Virus record (IMG/VR): IMGVR_UViG_3300030330_003013
Location: 2,669-66,668 of that record
DNA: 64,000 nucleotides
Strand: one strand, 5' to 3'
Origin: a virus
Lineage: Duplodnaviria; Caudoviricetes
How positions within the stretch are numbered: the stretch's first letter is position 1; the number at the start of each line of letters is the position of its first letter. Below are positions 1 through 9,871 of the stretch, piece by piece. The notes beneath the pieces are model-generated. The model searched no databases and was not told where the DNA came from. It saw only the letters and a list, made by a program, of their open reading frames with translations. The translations under genes were made by a program, and so were the position numbers.

Positions 1-28
1 AATTATTGACTCAAGCAGATTTTTTAAT

Positions 29-3000
29 ATGAATACTGAATCGAGCGGAGGAAGGCCCGGATATACAACCGGAGGTATGGCTCACTTTGACGACTACGAT
101 ATACCTATTGCCGGAACACCTTATTTGTTAGATGCGTATTACAAAAAAGCAGTATCGAATTACAAAAATAGCGGAACAAGTGTTGATGGAACAACAACTA
201 CTAATTTTGCAAATCACGAAAACCAACTTAAGTTTATCAATGATGCCGCAACGCCTATTAACGATATAGGTTTTGGGGATGATACATTAGAATTAGATGA
301 CGCTACTAACTTTGATTTCGGGGCAACAGACGGATACGGAATAATACTTGCAACTAAAGGAACAGGAAAAGATAGTGAAAAGTATTTGTTTGGTCTTAGG
401 TGGAATACCGTAACCGGTAACACACTAAATAATGTTTATATCAATGACCCAAACCTTACTGCAATTGACCCTCAAGCAATTATTACTTCGTTAGATGAAG
501 ACTCCGCATTATGGTCGAGCGGGTCAAGAATGGATATTGCCCTTAAAAGAGAATTAGGAGACGGTCAAACGCTAAATGAAAATGGATATGACGAAATTGT
601 TGTGTATAACACACCAGCCGCACTATATGGATTTAGAATACTAATGAATGTTGATGGTTATATTGAGTTCAAAAACGGAGGAACATATTATGATAGTGAT
701 AAAATAAGAATGTTGCAAAATATAGCCATAATCAATAATTGGACTAATAACTCCACTTTATCATCTATACAAGATATTAACAATGTTCCACTAACAAGAA
801 ATATGACTACTACAAGAATTGCATATAGTTCCGGTGATACAGAAAACTTCGGTGCTATAACAGATTTAAGAGAAAAGACATTTGCAACAAGTATTCGGGA
901 TATAGTAAATACAAGCGGAGAAGGGTCGGATGGAACAAATATAGTATTTTCTCGTGTAGTGGGAAGAGACGGAAGGTTTGATTACAGACCCTCATATAAT
1001 TCCGGATTTACTTTTACAAGAAATAATATGGTAAATAGTGGATTAAGTGTTGATAGCAGTTCAATTATTACAAATATTAGAGCCTTTTACAATGGCGGTC
1101 AATCATTTGTTGATTACCCTAAACCATCAACAGGAACAGAAGCAAGATGGAAAGTTTTAGATTTGTCTTCTGTAAGAAACAAACAAGAAGCAGAAGCATT
1201 AGCAAAAAGAGAATACCATAAAGTAAAAACTTCAAGTATGTCTGTTAGTGTTAAATTAAATAGAGAAAGCGGAGAAAACAATGTAATGTTAAGTAACGCA
1301 AGATACGGATATATTGGAGATGCCGCTATTGTAGGTTTATACGAAACAGGTAGTGAAAAGTTTGGTTCTTCTTGGACTTCGTTATATGGAGGAATACCAT
1401 TTACAGGGATTGCGAATGCTTTAGATGGAAATACAAATAGCACAGAAGTTACAAATGACTTCACTTTAGTTCCGATGATTGATGGAACAGGTAACTATCC
1501 TTCATCTGCTATGCCGGGTCTTGAAGTTGTATCCGTAGTATCGAGCGTTCAAGCAAATGGTGTCGAGTCGCCTATTTCTTGGGCTTCATCGTCTAATACT
1601 CTAAATTGGTCTATTGCGTTTGGTAGCACCGTAGTTTCACAAGTAATAACATCAGACGGATATTATGAAATTGCATCCGGACCAAATAAAATAACAGTTA
1701 AAATAGATTACTCGGAATTACCGTCTTCGGGAACAACCACTAAATCCTATGCTTATGTTTCATTAGCCGATGCCGATAAAGCATACAATACCTATGGTGC
1801 AAAAAGCATATCTCATGCTTTACAAGTAGTAAGTGTGCCTCCTTCTGTGCCTAAAATAAATGACGAAAACCACGAATTAAGAGTAGGAATTAGTATATCG
1901 GGAGGTAGCACCGCCGATGACGCAAGATTCAAAATCCATCTATTAGATTATGATTTTGCAAATACAGGCTCTCCAGCACAATTTACTGAAACACTAAACA
2001 CTAATGGTTCATCAGAAATAGAAGTATATGGTAATGGGTTTTATGAAATGGATTTCCCTACAAGTTGGGGCGCACCTGCTGGTTCTAAATTAGTTATATC
2101 AGTTAATACAGATTATTTGCGAGATGTAATAAGACAAAGATGCAATAATAAAGTAAAAAATGCTAACAATATTCCGGGCCTTTCAGCATTTGCATCAACC
2201 GATAGCGATTCTATTTTCCCGTTAGGGTTTAGAGAGTTTGCGGAGTATGGCGGTATGTCCGAAGATAGAAATGCTTGGTATGCTCCACGCCTTTTTATTG
2301 TTGATGATATTAAGTATGTTCCTTCGACCTATTGCACAATAACCGATACCCACATTGATTTGTCTTCTCAAAGTATGGTTATACAATCAGTCAGTTGGAG
2401 TCAGAAAGAGAGAGACCATGAAATCGTGTCTCTTTCCTTAGAAAGAAACGAATCAAGATATAAAAAGACTCTTGCAAATGTCTTTCAGAACACAAGTGCT
2501 ACGGGCGGTGTAACACAAGAGGCATCACAACAATTTATGCAAGAAGGTTTGTGGTTAGGTAATTTCAACCAAACACAGGGAATAAATACAGAAGGGGGCT
2601 CAACCACAGACGGCCAAAACATTAACACCTTTTCAACAACGGTAACTCAAATGATGAAGGGTGTAAATGAAACACCAGCCGAAACCACTTCTCCGGAGGG
2701 AGAACACGGTATATTGGGGGTGAAAAGAGTAGGTGTGTCGGCATCGGCCAACCTTTCAATTGATGGCTTCGATGCAATAACAGACGGAAGCGGGGGTGTT
2801 GTTGGTTCGGATGGCTTCGTTCTCAACGGAACATATTGCAACGCAGAAGGACTTGCGGCGACCGGAGTAAAACACGAACAATCTTTCATCGTTAGAATCC
2901 CCTCCGATAGCGCAGACTCTCACATAGAATTACTTGCAAAAGCCAGCCTTGATGGTGATTCGTCAAACTCAACGGCAGTAGTTACAACTAAAGTCGAATC

Positions 3001-3265
3001 TTTAGATAGCGGCGTTAGTGCGACAAGAACAACATCAGTCTCTTACTCAGACACAAATAGAAGTGAATACATATTGTATTCCGGAAAGATAAAAGGTGCA
3101 AATGCGGGTTCTTCTCTCAAGGTAACTCTTTCAAGAACACCGAACACAGGAAGCGATAATGCGACTTACAACGCCCTAAGAATACATACTGTGAGGCTAT
3201 CAACGAGAAGACACACGACTACAAATCCGAGTCAAGCAAAGACTTTCAAGCCTTACTCATCGTAG
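29..3265 (+). CDS. Large virion tail-tip/baseplate-associated protein (probably 5'-truncated by the window edge)
   Basis: 1078-aa S/T/N/G-rich, beta-rich ORF. The frame is open from position 2, so the true start probably lies outside the window. Its character matches the post-tape-measure ORF that runs off the right end (62836->64000). Confidence 0.55.
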   Translation: MNTESSGGRPGYTTGGMAHFDDYDIPIAGTPYLLDAYYKKAVSNYKNSGTSVDGTTTTNFANHENQLKFINDAATPINDIGFGDDTLELDDATNFDFGATDGYGIILATKGTGKDSEKYLFGLRWNTVTGNTLNNVYINDPNLTAIDPQAIITSLDEDSALWSSGSRMDIALKRELGDGQTLNENGYDEIVVYNTPAALYGFRILMNVDGYIEFKNGGTYYDSDKIRMLQNIAIINNWTNNSTLSSIQDINNVPLTRNMTTTRIAYSSGDTENFGAITDLREKTFATSIRDIVNTSGEGSDGTNIVFSRVVGRDGRFDYRPSYNSGFTFTRNNMVNSGLSVDSSSIITNIRAFYNGGQSFVDYPKPSTGTEARWKVLDLSSVRNKQEAEALAKREYHKVKTSSMSVSVKLNRESGENNVMLSNARYGYIGDAAIVGLYETGSEKFGSSWTSLYGGIPFTGIANALDGNTNSTEVTNDFTLVPMIDGTGNYPSSAMPGLEVVSVVSSVQANGVESPISWASSSNTLNWSIAFGSTVVSQVITSDGYYEIASGPNKITVKIDYSELPSSGTTTKSYAYVSLADADKAYNTYGAKSISHALQVVSVPPSVPKINDENHELRVGISISGGSTADDARFKIHLLDYDFANTGSPAQFTETLNTNGSSEIEVYGNGFYEMDFPTSWGAPAGSKLVISVNTDYLRDVIRQRCNNKVKNANNIPGLSAFASTDSDSIFPLGFREFAEYGGMSEDRNAWYAPRLFIVDDIKYVPSTYCTITDTHIDLSSQSMVIQSVSWSQKERDHEIVSLSLERNESRYKKTLANVFQNTSATGGVTQEASQQFMQEGLWLGNFNQTQGINTEGGSTTDGQNINTFSTTVTQMMKGVNETPAETTSPEGEHGILGVKRVGVSASANLSIDGFDAITDGSGGVVGSDGFVLNGTYCNAEGLAATGVKHEQSFIVRIPSDSADSHIELLAKASLDGDSSNSTAVVTTKVESLDSGVSATRTTSVSYSDTNRSEYILYSGKIKGANAGSSLKVTLSRTPNTGSDNATYNALRIHTVRLSTRRHTTTNPSQAKTFKPYSS

Positions 3266-3969
3266 GGTCTTCTTAAGGCCAATATCCTATCAGCAATAGG
3301 CGTATTTACCCCTCTAACCGCCGTTAGAGCCTTTCTATTGGTTCGGGTGAGGAGGAGGGCTTTGAAGCCTCCGAAATGGCTTAAAATGGCCTTAGCCATG
3401 TCTTCCGTAACCCCTGCTATTCCCGTCAAAGCGGCTATACGAGGGTCTGCATGACCGGACTTCCCACGCCTTGCCTTCTTAGGTGCGGATAAAGCATTGG
3501 AGATTTGCATTTGTGTGTGTGAGATACTTAGCCATTCAACAAAGTCTTCCATAGTTGCAAACTCTATGAATCTAATCTTGGGGAATCGGTGGTAAATCAT
3601 CATTTTGTAACTTTTCATGGTTTGTTGCATCTTTATTATCTCTTGAGCAACTACTCTTTTTGCAACTCTTTTCCTAAAATACGGCTTCAACTTTCCACCA
3701 TATACGGCTATTATGGGGTATTCATAAGCCTCGCATAAGTCAGAAAGTTGGTGATTCAATGTCCTCTTTCCCCTCCCCTTACCTGTTATCGAGCGGTAAA
3801 AATCATTTATCTCTTTAGCCTCTATGCCCCATGAACCGAGAACATAATCTCCGGTGGTTAGTCTCCTTACCTTTACGAGCCCGTCATCTTCTAAGTCAGC
3901 ATCACCCATGCGAGCAATCAGACTTTGCAAAACCGAAGCACTTTCTCGGTCATCAGCATAGACCACCAT
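3253..3969 (-). CDS. ERCC4/XPF-family structure-specific endonuclease with C-terminal HhH
   Basis: VYADDRE, GDYVLG and IEAKEINDF match the ERCC4 GDY...ERKxxxD motifs; HhH-like LTGIAGVTEDMAKAIL and VRGVNTPIA. Likely ATG at 3969 (the track uses TTG 3978). Confidence 0.85.
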   Translation of the reverse strand: MVVYADDRESASVLQSLIARMGDADLEDDGLVKVRRLTTGDYVLGSWGIEAKEINDFYRSITGKGRGKRTLNHQLSDLCEAYEYPIIAVYGGKLKPYFRKRVAKRVVAQEIIKMQQTMKSYKMMIYHRFPKIRFIEFATMEDFVEWLSISHTQMQISNALSAPKKARRGKSGHADPRIAALTGIAGVTEDMAKAILSHFGGFKALLLTRTNRKALTAVRGVNTPIADRILALRRPYDE

Positions 3970-4006
3970 TAGTTGCAAATTGTAAAGACGGTATTATGAA
4001 GAGTTC

Positions 4007-4129
4007 TCATATTACGCATCCTTCATCTCCGCAACACGAAGCGATTTTGTTCTTACAATTCAAACAAACCGAAGAACCATGTAATTCAATAAAGCCTCTT
4101 TCACTAAAACAAACCGGACACTTACCCAT
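4007..4129 (-). CDS. 40-aa Cys-rich zinc-finger microprotein (not in ORF track)
   Basis: Manual translation MGKCPVCFSERGFIELHGSSVCLNCKNKIASCCGDEGCVI; GGTGA RBS upstream; fills the gap between neighbouring genes. Confidence 0.65.
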   Translation of the reverse strand: MGKCPVCFSERGFIELHGSSVCLNCKNKIASCCGDEGCVI

Positions 4130-4133
4130 TCAA

Positions 4134-5135
4134 TCACCTGCAATACCAGCACCCCACACCATCACAAAGATTGTTCTTTTTGAACCAAATAGGAGAAGGG
4201 TATCGTTCATACATCATCAATGACTTAACTGCTTTTCGGGTGGTTTGTGGGTTGTAATCCGACCAACCTAACTTACCTATGAATGAGCATATCTCATCCT
4301 CTATCCTATGCAACTCTTCGGATGATAGGTCTTGAGGATGAGAATACCAACGCAGACCAGCCGACATAAATTGAGCAAGGGCTACTCTAACATGATGAGG
4401 GGGATTAGAGACGCTTATTGCTCTTTGTAGGCAGGGGGGCAGGGGAACGGTGGAAGACGCAGTAACGGCGTTAATAGGCATCTTTGTGAGCGTTCTCTCC
4501 TTCGTTTCTTCCTTCCTTCCGTTTTCATTCCACCATGAAATCAAATCAAACAAAACTTCACCGTTCAACTCGCCAAAGAACGGGCATAGTTGGGGGTGTT
4601 CGTTCTGCTTAGGGATTTTGAATCCGAGAGGGTCGCTTGCAAATAATCTTGCAGGTAAAACCACACATCTTTTCTTCCTCTTTGGGTTGTAGGTATTAGG
4701 CACACGAGTTAGTTTCTCCGGATAACCCACACCATCGAGAGAGGATAGACCCTTAGCCATAGCCTTCTCGTAGGTATCAAGTCTATAAGCCCAATCTCTT
4801 CCCCTTACAGGTTTCTGAAAGAGTTGGTGGATATGGAATCCTCTCCCTGTTGCAACTAAACGAACATCACCATCGAGACGGTTGATAAGAGTTGCAACAT
4901 CTTGCTTTACTTCATCCATAGTGTGTTCTTCCGTAGCATCGAAATCCCACCATGCTCTATCCATAACTGCCGTATCATAATCAACTCTTCCATTGTTAAT
5001 TTCATCAAAAGAATACAAACTAATATACACAGACGATAGATTGTTTAATCTGTTTAGGTAATTTTGCAAGTCATTAGGTGTGTTGCAAATAGCCCTTCTA
5101 AGCCCCATTTGTCGGGGGAAGGAGATTAAATCCAT
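4134..5135 (-). CDS. Archaeo-eukaryotic primase; catalytic PriS-like domain fused to a PriL C-terminal-like Cys/His domain
   Basis: AEP motifs WWDFD and TGRGFHIH, plus KLTRVPNTYN. C-terminal LPPCL...HHVRVAL...CDGVGCWYC resembles the PriL Fe-S domain. Likely start MDLISF at 5135 with a GGAG RBS. Confidence 0.85.
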   Translation of the reverse strand: MDLISFPRQMGLRRAICNTPNDLQNYLNRLNNLSSVYISLYSFDEINNGRVDYDTAVMDRAWWDFDATEEHTMDEVKQDVATLINRLDGDVRLVATGRGFHIHQLFQKPVRGRDWAYRLDTYEKAMAKGLSSLDGVGYPEKLTRVPNTYNPKRKKRCVVLPARLFASDPLGFKIPKQNEHPQLCPFFGELNGEVLFDLISWWNENGRKEETKERTLTKMPINAVTASSTVPLPPCLQRAISVSNPPHHVRVALAQFMSAGLRWYSHPQDLSSEELHRIEDEICSFIGKLGWSDYNPQTTRKAVKSLMMYERYPSPIWFKKNNLCDGVGCWYCR

Positions 5136-5293
5136 CAAACAACTCTCCTTGCTATTTCGCCTTTGTATCCGCAAATGAGGCAAGAAGCAGTAACTACTTC
5201 GACAGTAGGAACATCAACGCTTCCGGTTACTTGCACGAAGGTTTCCACATTGGAAAAAGTATCACTATCGCATTCCGGACAAACAACTTTCAT
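5135..5293 (-). CDS. 52-aa zinc-ribbon microprotein (not in ORF track)
   Basis: MKVVCPECDSD...ASCLICGYKG has two CxxC motifs; ATGA and TGATG overlaps with both neighbours. Confidence 0.7.
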   Translation of the reverse strand: MKVVCPECDSDTFSNVETFVQVTGSVDVPTVEVVTASCLICGYKGEIARRVV

Positions 5294-6174
5294 GTAAATG
5301 TAACTCCTGTTATTTCTTCCTCACACGCCATACTATAAGCGCACCATTGAGGGCATCTCCAATCATCCCAATTCATATTCCATTCCTCATTCCTTATCTG
5401 TTGCAAAAACTTGTTGAACGACTCTCTAAATGCGTTAAGGGTTCTTTTATTGACCTTTTCTATCACAGTCATACCGCCGTTTTCGCCAACCCATACGGTT
5501 TTATTCCTTTGTTGCAAGAGTTTGTTTGCAAAAGAGAAGTTATCCGCATCCGGTAACACATAAACAAACTTAGTAGCATCTATATCATCCATGTCTTGCA
5601 AGACCATGTGGTAAAACGCCAACTCCTTTCTCGTTTTAGTTATCTTATTGGCGTTAGTAGTGCCTGTTTTCAACTCAAGTATAGCATATTCATCATCGGG
5701 CGCAATAAGCACCCCATCTATTTTTCCAACGATTACTATGTCGTATTCCTCGTGATAGTAGGTTCTCAAATCCTCGTGTTCGTAGGGCGCAAAATACTCG
5801 ACACCCCAATTATCAAGCCTTTGTTGCTCTAATTCGGCCATTATCTGATACACGCTTCCTTCCTGTTCAAACATAGGATAAAGCGTTTGCTCACCATCCC
5901 ACCTATCATAAAACTCATCGAGGGCATCATGCACTTCCGTTCCTCTTCTCATAGCGGTCGTTTCGGGCTTCTTTATGTCCTTCAACAAAACTCTATCCAT
6001 GAAGTATTGGCGAGGGCAGTATAAATACCCCATATAAGACGATTTAGAGACTCTAAGCACCTTACCCTCTTCGGTTGGGTCATAGGAAGACAAACGCCTC
6101 AATGTCTCCCCATCGGCGCATTTCATACATACGCCCGTTACGGGGTGGATTACGCAATCACACATAGGAATCAC
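5290..6174 (-). CDS. Cas4-like PD-(D/E)XK exonuclease (solo, not CRISPR-linked)
   Basis: YLYCPRQY, GTEVH, GKIDG...ILELKTG and C-terminal RCPQWCAYSMAC give the split four-Cys Fe-S pattern. Confidence 0.85.
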   Translation of the reverse strand: MIPMCDCVIHPVTGVCMKCADGETLRRLSSYDPTEEGKVLRVSKSSYMGYLYCPRQYFMDRVLLKDIKKPETTAMRRGTEVHDALDEFYDRWDGEQTLYPMFEQEGSVYQIMAELEQQRLDNWGVEYFAPYEHEDLRTYYHEEYDIVIVGKIDGVLIAPDDEYAILELKTGTTNANKITKTRKELAFYHMVLQDMDDIDATKFVYVLPDADNFSFANKLLQQRNKTVWVGENGGMTVIEKVNKRTLNAFRESFNKFLQQIRNEEWNMNWDDWRCPQWCAYSMACEEEITGVTFT

Positions 6175-6473
6175 TACTCTTCTTCAAAAGATTTAAGGGT
6201 GGTCTGTTCTTCATCGAATGGCTTTAGACATTGGTTGCAACAATCATCGGTTTCGACACCCTCTATGTTAGGAACAAAAGTGGTTAAATCGCAATCATCA
6301 CAATGTTTAGGCAATAACTTCTCTCTCTCTTTCATATCCGCTAAAGAAAGGTCGGTTAGCGTTTTCATTTCTTGAATGATACCCGCTACAACATGAGATA
6401 GTTGCGCCACCTGTTGCGATAGCATCTCTAATCCTTCTTCGACACCTATTTTATCGCTCATACTTCTCACCAA
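6174..6473 (-). CDS. Coiled-coil + zinc-finger protein with C-terminal PIP-box-like motif
   Basis: CDDC...CNQC; the protein ends QTTLKSFEEE (QxxLxxF). Confidence 0.65.
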   Translation of the reverse strand: MVRSMSDKIGVEEGLEMLSQQVAQLSHVVAGIIQEMKTLTDLSLADMKEREKLLPKHCDDCDLTTFVPNIEGVETDDCCNQCLKPFDEEQTTLKSFEEE

Positions 6474-6496
6474 CTAACATTGTCTAATATACCTTT

Positions 6497-8740
6497 TCAC
6501 AACCAAACATACTCATCAATACCATTTAGGGCGTTTTCTATTGGTTGTATATCCCAATCCATGATTTTGTAATAATCCGCTACTTTCTTTACAATGAATC
6601 GGTTTGTTATTTCCCTATATCCAACTTTTGCAACTCCTTGCAAGTCTTCTTCGGAATCACAAGCAATATACTTACCGTTTTCGTCAAGAGTTACAAGAAA
6701 TCTTGAGCCCTTCCTATATCCCTTCGCCAAATAATCATTAGCCCACGAAGCACCAGCGGATGCGCCACTAAGCACCGAATAATCTTGCAAGTTTCTTTCC
6801 AACTTGCCCTTCATACACAGTCGTTCAAAGGCCACTTCTCCGGACACAATAGAAGTTACTAATTCCACGAGACTCGTTGTGATTTCCTCTTCGCTTTTCT
6901 TTTGCAACAAACCGAATATCACGAGAGCCATAGCCTCTTTCATAACAGGGAACATTCTTTTCTGTTTCAACTCTATTCCTTTGTAGTATTCGATTGGCTC
7001 ATGTGTGCGACCATCAGTCCAAACGACAGAAGCAGCATATCTGTTTTTTGCTTTGAGCAACATACTATCACACCACCTCTCAAACTCAGTTACTATGGGA
7101 GACATGGATTCATTTATTTCGCTCACCAATTGTATAGTCTGTTCGGGGGAATCAGTTTGAACGAAAGCGGAATCGGTGTGAGAATACAGGACATTATGAC
7201 CTCTTTTCTCGCATTCTTTTCTTAGTCTTGCAAGTGTTTCACGAGATGTAAATGTTATTGCCGCCGCTACTGCGGGGTGATAAAGACCATACTTAGAATC
7301 GCCAGCCGCTCCATACAAAGAAGCAACCATAGACTTAGTAGCGAATTGCAAAGCATCGTATCTCTTCCTTTCCTCATCAGTAGTAGCCGCTCTCATTTTC
7401 GATTTGTATTCCTCTCGTAAATTAGTCATGTTATCCATCTGACGCAAAAGGAGGCTCGGCTTTCCTTGCAAAAACTTAGTGCCGTTCCCACAATCCACCC
7501 CGTCTTCGGATAAAGTTTCGTGGCCTATATTGTGAAGAGCCACATTAGAATGATACATGGCCTTTATGTCGAGAATAGCGACATTATCAAAGATACCCGC
7601 CTTTTGAACGGCGGTTATTTCAGCACCTTGATAATCTTCGTAGGTGAATTGCGGCTTAGTAGGTATTTGCAAATTAAACTCCTCATCCCTCAAAGCAAGA
7701 ACAGTTAGCAACTTAGTTATGTGAGGAGTAGTTGCAATATCACACCCTACAATATGTTGTATAGCCGTGTAATGCTCGATAGCGTTATTCACCGAGTTAA
7801 GTTTAGGCAACAAATCAACATCTTTTATTGCGTATGCAAGATATGTTCCAAAGTCGGTGTAGTATGTATCATGCCCGTCTTGCAACTCAACTTTTGTTTC
7901 CCCTAAGACTTCGGATGAGACAGTTGCAAGTGATTTATCGGGAAGTTGCCCGTTCTTAATAATCCAAAGATGAGTAAAGGCGACCATCAAATCAATAACA
8001 TTCACACCTATAATCGGTTGCCTCCAATCAGTAAAGGAATACACTATTTTATTCAAGGGTGATAGAGTCTTAGGGTCAAGGCCGTTATCATTCATCCGCT
8101 CAACAATCTTCTTTATGTCGGCATTTACCACATTCCATCCGGTAATTATATCGGGGTCGTGTTGGTGTAAAAGTTTTGCAAAAGCCGATAGCATTTCCTT
8201 TTCGCTACTAAATGCTAATGCTGGTTTATCTAATTGCAACAAATCTAAACCATCGGGATGATTCTTTAGGGGGAATTGTGAATGAAATCCGGCTTTGTAG
8301 TCCGGATGCGTGAAGAAAATAAAGTGTTCTTTAGTATAGGTATCATAGACCACCATTATTGTTAGTTTTCCGGTGTTGATAGACCATTCGCAATCGAGAT
8401 ACCATGTTCGGTGTTCGTAATTCGGAGGCATTATTTTCTCTTCGGCCAGCACCCTATTTACAAATGGGATATTCGCCTCCCATGTTCGCAAGGAGGGGTT
8501 ATCGCTCCTAAAGTCTCGGATATTTTCGGGTGCGCTGACTGTTACCTTAGTCAATTCTTCGCCATAAACACCTTTGAATCCGTGTTCGGCATTTATTGCC
8601 GAGTTGCAAATATGAGGAGCGTAGTCTTCGGTTGCAACAAAAAAGAAAGGATTGCTTTTGTAAGTCTCCTCTATTCTATTGCGGTTTTCATCACGCCTTC
8701 GCACGATGATTCCATTCCGCCCCCTCCGAGTAACAATCAT
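6497..8740 (-). CDS. polB: Family B DNA polymerase with 3'-5' exonuclease domain
   Basis: ExoI YLDCEW, ExoII ITGWNVVNAD, motif A LDIKAMYHS, motif B KSMVASLYG, motif C YSHTDS, then KAKNRY. Confidence 0.95.
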   Translation of the reverse strand: MIVTRRGRNGIIVRRRDENRNRIEETYKSNPFFFVATEDYAPHICNSAINAEHGFKGVYGEELTKVTVSAPENIRDFRSDNPSLRTWEANIPFVNRVLAEEKIMPPNYEHRTWYLDCEWSINTGKLTIMVVYDTYTKEHFIFFTHPDYKAGFHSQFPLKNHPDGLDLLQLDKPALAFSSEKEMLSAFAKLLHQHDPDIITGWNVVNADIKKIVERMNDNGLDPKTLSPLNKIVYSFTDWRQPIIGVNVIDLMVAFTHLWIIKNGQLPDKSLATVSSEVLGETKVELQDGHDTYYTDFGTYLAYAIKDVDLLPKLNSVNNAIEHYTAIQHIVGCDIATTPHITKLLTVLALRDEEFNLQIPTKPQFTYEDYQGAEITAVQKAGIFDNVAILDIKAMYHSNVALHNIGHETLSEDGVDCGNGTKFLQGKPSLLLRQMDNMTNLREEYKSKMRAATTDEERKRYDALQFATKSMVASLYGAAGDSKYGLYHPAVAAAITFTSRETLARLRKECEKRGHNVLYSHTDSAFVQTDSPEQTIQLVSEINESMSPIVTEFERWCDSMLLKAKNRYAASVVWTDGRTHEPIEYYKGIELKQKRMFPVMKEAMALVIFGLLQKKSEEEITTSLVELVTSIVSGEVAFERLCMKGKLERNLQDYSVLSGASAGASWANDYLAKGYRKGSRFLVTLDENGKYIACDSEEDLQGVAKVGYREITNRFIVKKVADYYKIMDWDIQPIENALNGIDEYVWL

Positions 8741-9024
8741 CTCCTTCCCCTGTCTCTCGTAGGTATATTATGGCGTTTAAGCCAATTGTTGATAGTCATA
8801 GCAGTTACTCCACATTCGGTCGCTATTTCTTCCATAGTCTTCCCTTCTATACAATATGCTTCCTCTAACCATAGTTTGTCCTTGAACATACCTTCCGGCA
8901 ACTTAGCATAGACCATAACGCTAATCCCGTAGTGTTTGTTGCATTCGGGGCAAACATAAGTAGCAGTAGTATTCGGTTGCAAGTTTGCGCTGAATCTGCA
9001 CCCACAGGAACAATCAACTAACAT
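8737..9024 (-). CDS. Zinc-ribbon + HTH DNA-binding protein
   Basis: CSCG...CPEC followed by KTMEEIATECGVTAMTINNWLKRHNIP. Likely start MLVDC at 9024. Confidence 0.75.
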   Translation of the reverse strand: MLVDCSCGCRFSANLQPNTTATYVCPECNKHYGISVMVYAKLPEGMFKDKLWLEEAYCIEGKTMEEIATECGVTAMTINNWLKRHNIPTRDRGRR

Positions 9025-9871
9025 CTTGCTCCACCCTTTTACCCAGCACGATAACGAAGTTATCATCACATTCCTTGCTTCTAAACCCGAAGACGACCAT
9101 GCCGTTAATATCGTGGAAATCGAATATACTCACAATAGTTTCCGAGCCAAAATATCGCAATAAGTCAATGTTCTCCAAACCACCACCAAACTCATAGTCG
9201 GAATCTAAGATTTGCAAGTAATTTTTTTGGTGTATTTTGGTTTCAGTCTTTCCTTTGAGAAAATCACCAGCACTAATATACATACCATCCTTTTTACCGA
9301 CCAACTTAACATGGGGCAAGTTTTGATTGTTCATGGTGTTGGCCTCCAAACCGTTTTGCAAATGTTCTGTTTTGCAAGTAAATACTAATTCGGGGGAATA
9401 TTCTTCTCCCTTTATTGTGGTGTATGAAGGCACAGTAGGTGAGAGATTTATTCTTTCCATAATCTCGCTCGCTTTGTTTAATTGAGCCTTTATCGTAACT
9501 CTTGCACCCGTATATGCAAATGCGTTTGGTGAAGAAAGTAAAGTCGTTTGTTTGCCCTTGCTCTTTATTTGCAACTTTGTAGCATCACTATCTGTGCTAA
9601 GAGTTACAGGGCAACTGTGGTATTTCAAAGCACCAATCACCGCATCTATGTCTGCAATAGCAAACAGTCCGACAGACGAGGATATAACAGGTATCGTTAA
9701 TCTGTGAAGAGTTGTAACTCCATCCTTTACGATGTTATAAGTTACCACCTTATCGCTATCCATCGAGACAATTATACAGGTCTCGCATTGTGCGGTCTTC
9801 TTCTTGCCGATGTATGCTTCTCTCTTATTGGCTTTCAATAGGCTTATCAAATCTGCTCTCTTGATTATCAT
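9014..9871 (-). CDS. Putative DNA sliding clamp (PCNA-like)
   Basis: Size and helix/strand periodicity resemble the two PCNA half-repeats; it lies between PolB and the clamp loader. No hallmark motif was identified, so this is a fold-level inference. Confidence 0.55.
   Translation of the reverse strand: MIIKRADLISLLKANKREAYIGKKKTAQCETCIIVSMDSDKVVTYNIVKDGVTTLHRLTIPVISSSVGLFAIADIDAVIGALKYHSCPVTLSTDSDATKLQIKSKGKQTTLLSSPNAFAYTGARVTIKAQLNKASEIMERINLSPTVPSYTTIKGEEYSPELVFTCKTEHLQNGLEANTMNNQNLPHVKLVGKKDGMYISAGDFLKGKTETKIHQKNYLQILDSDYEFGGGLENIDLLRYFGSETIVSIFDFHDINGMVVFGFRSKECDDNFVIVLGKRVEQDVS

Noticed and set aside
5290-6174. CRISPR-Cas locus suggested by the Cas4-like gene
   Set aside because: I saw no repeat-spacer array and no other cas genes; solo Cas4-like nucleases are common in archaeal viruses.
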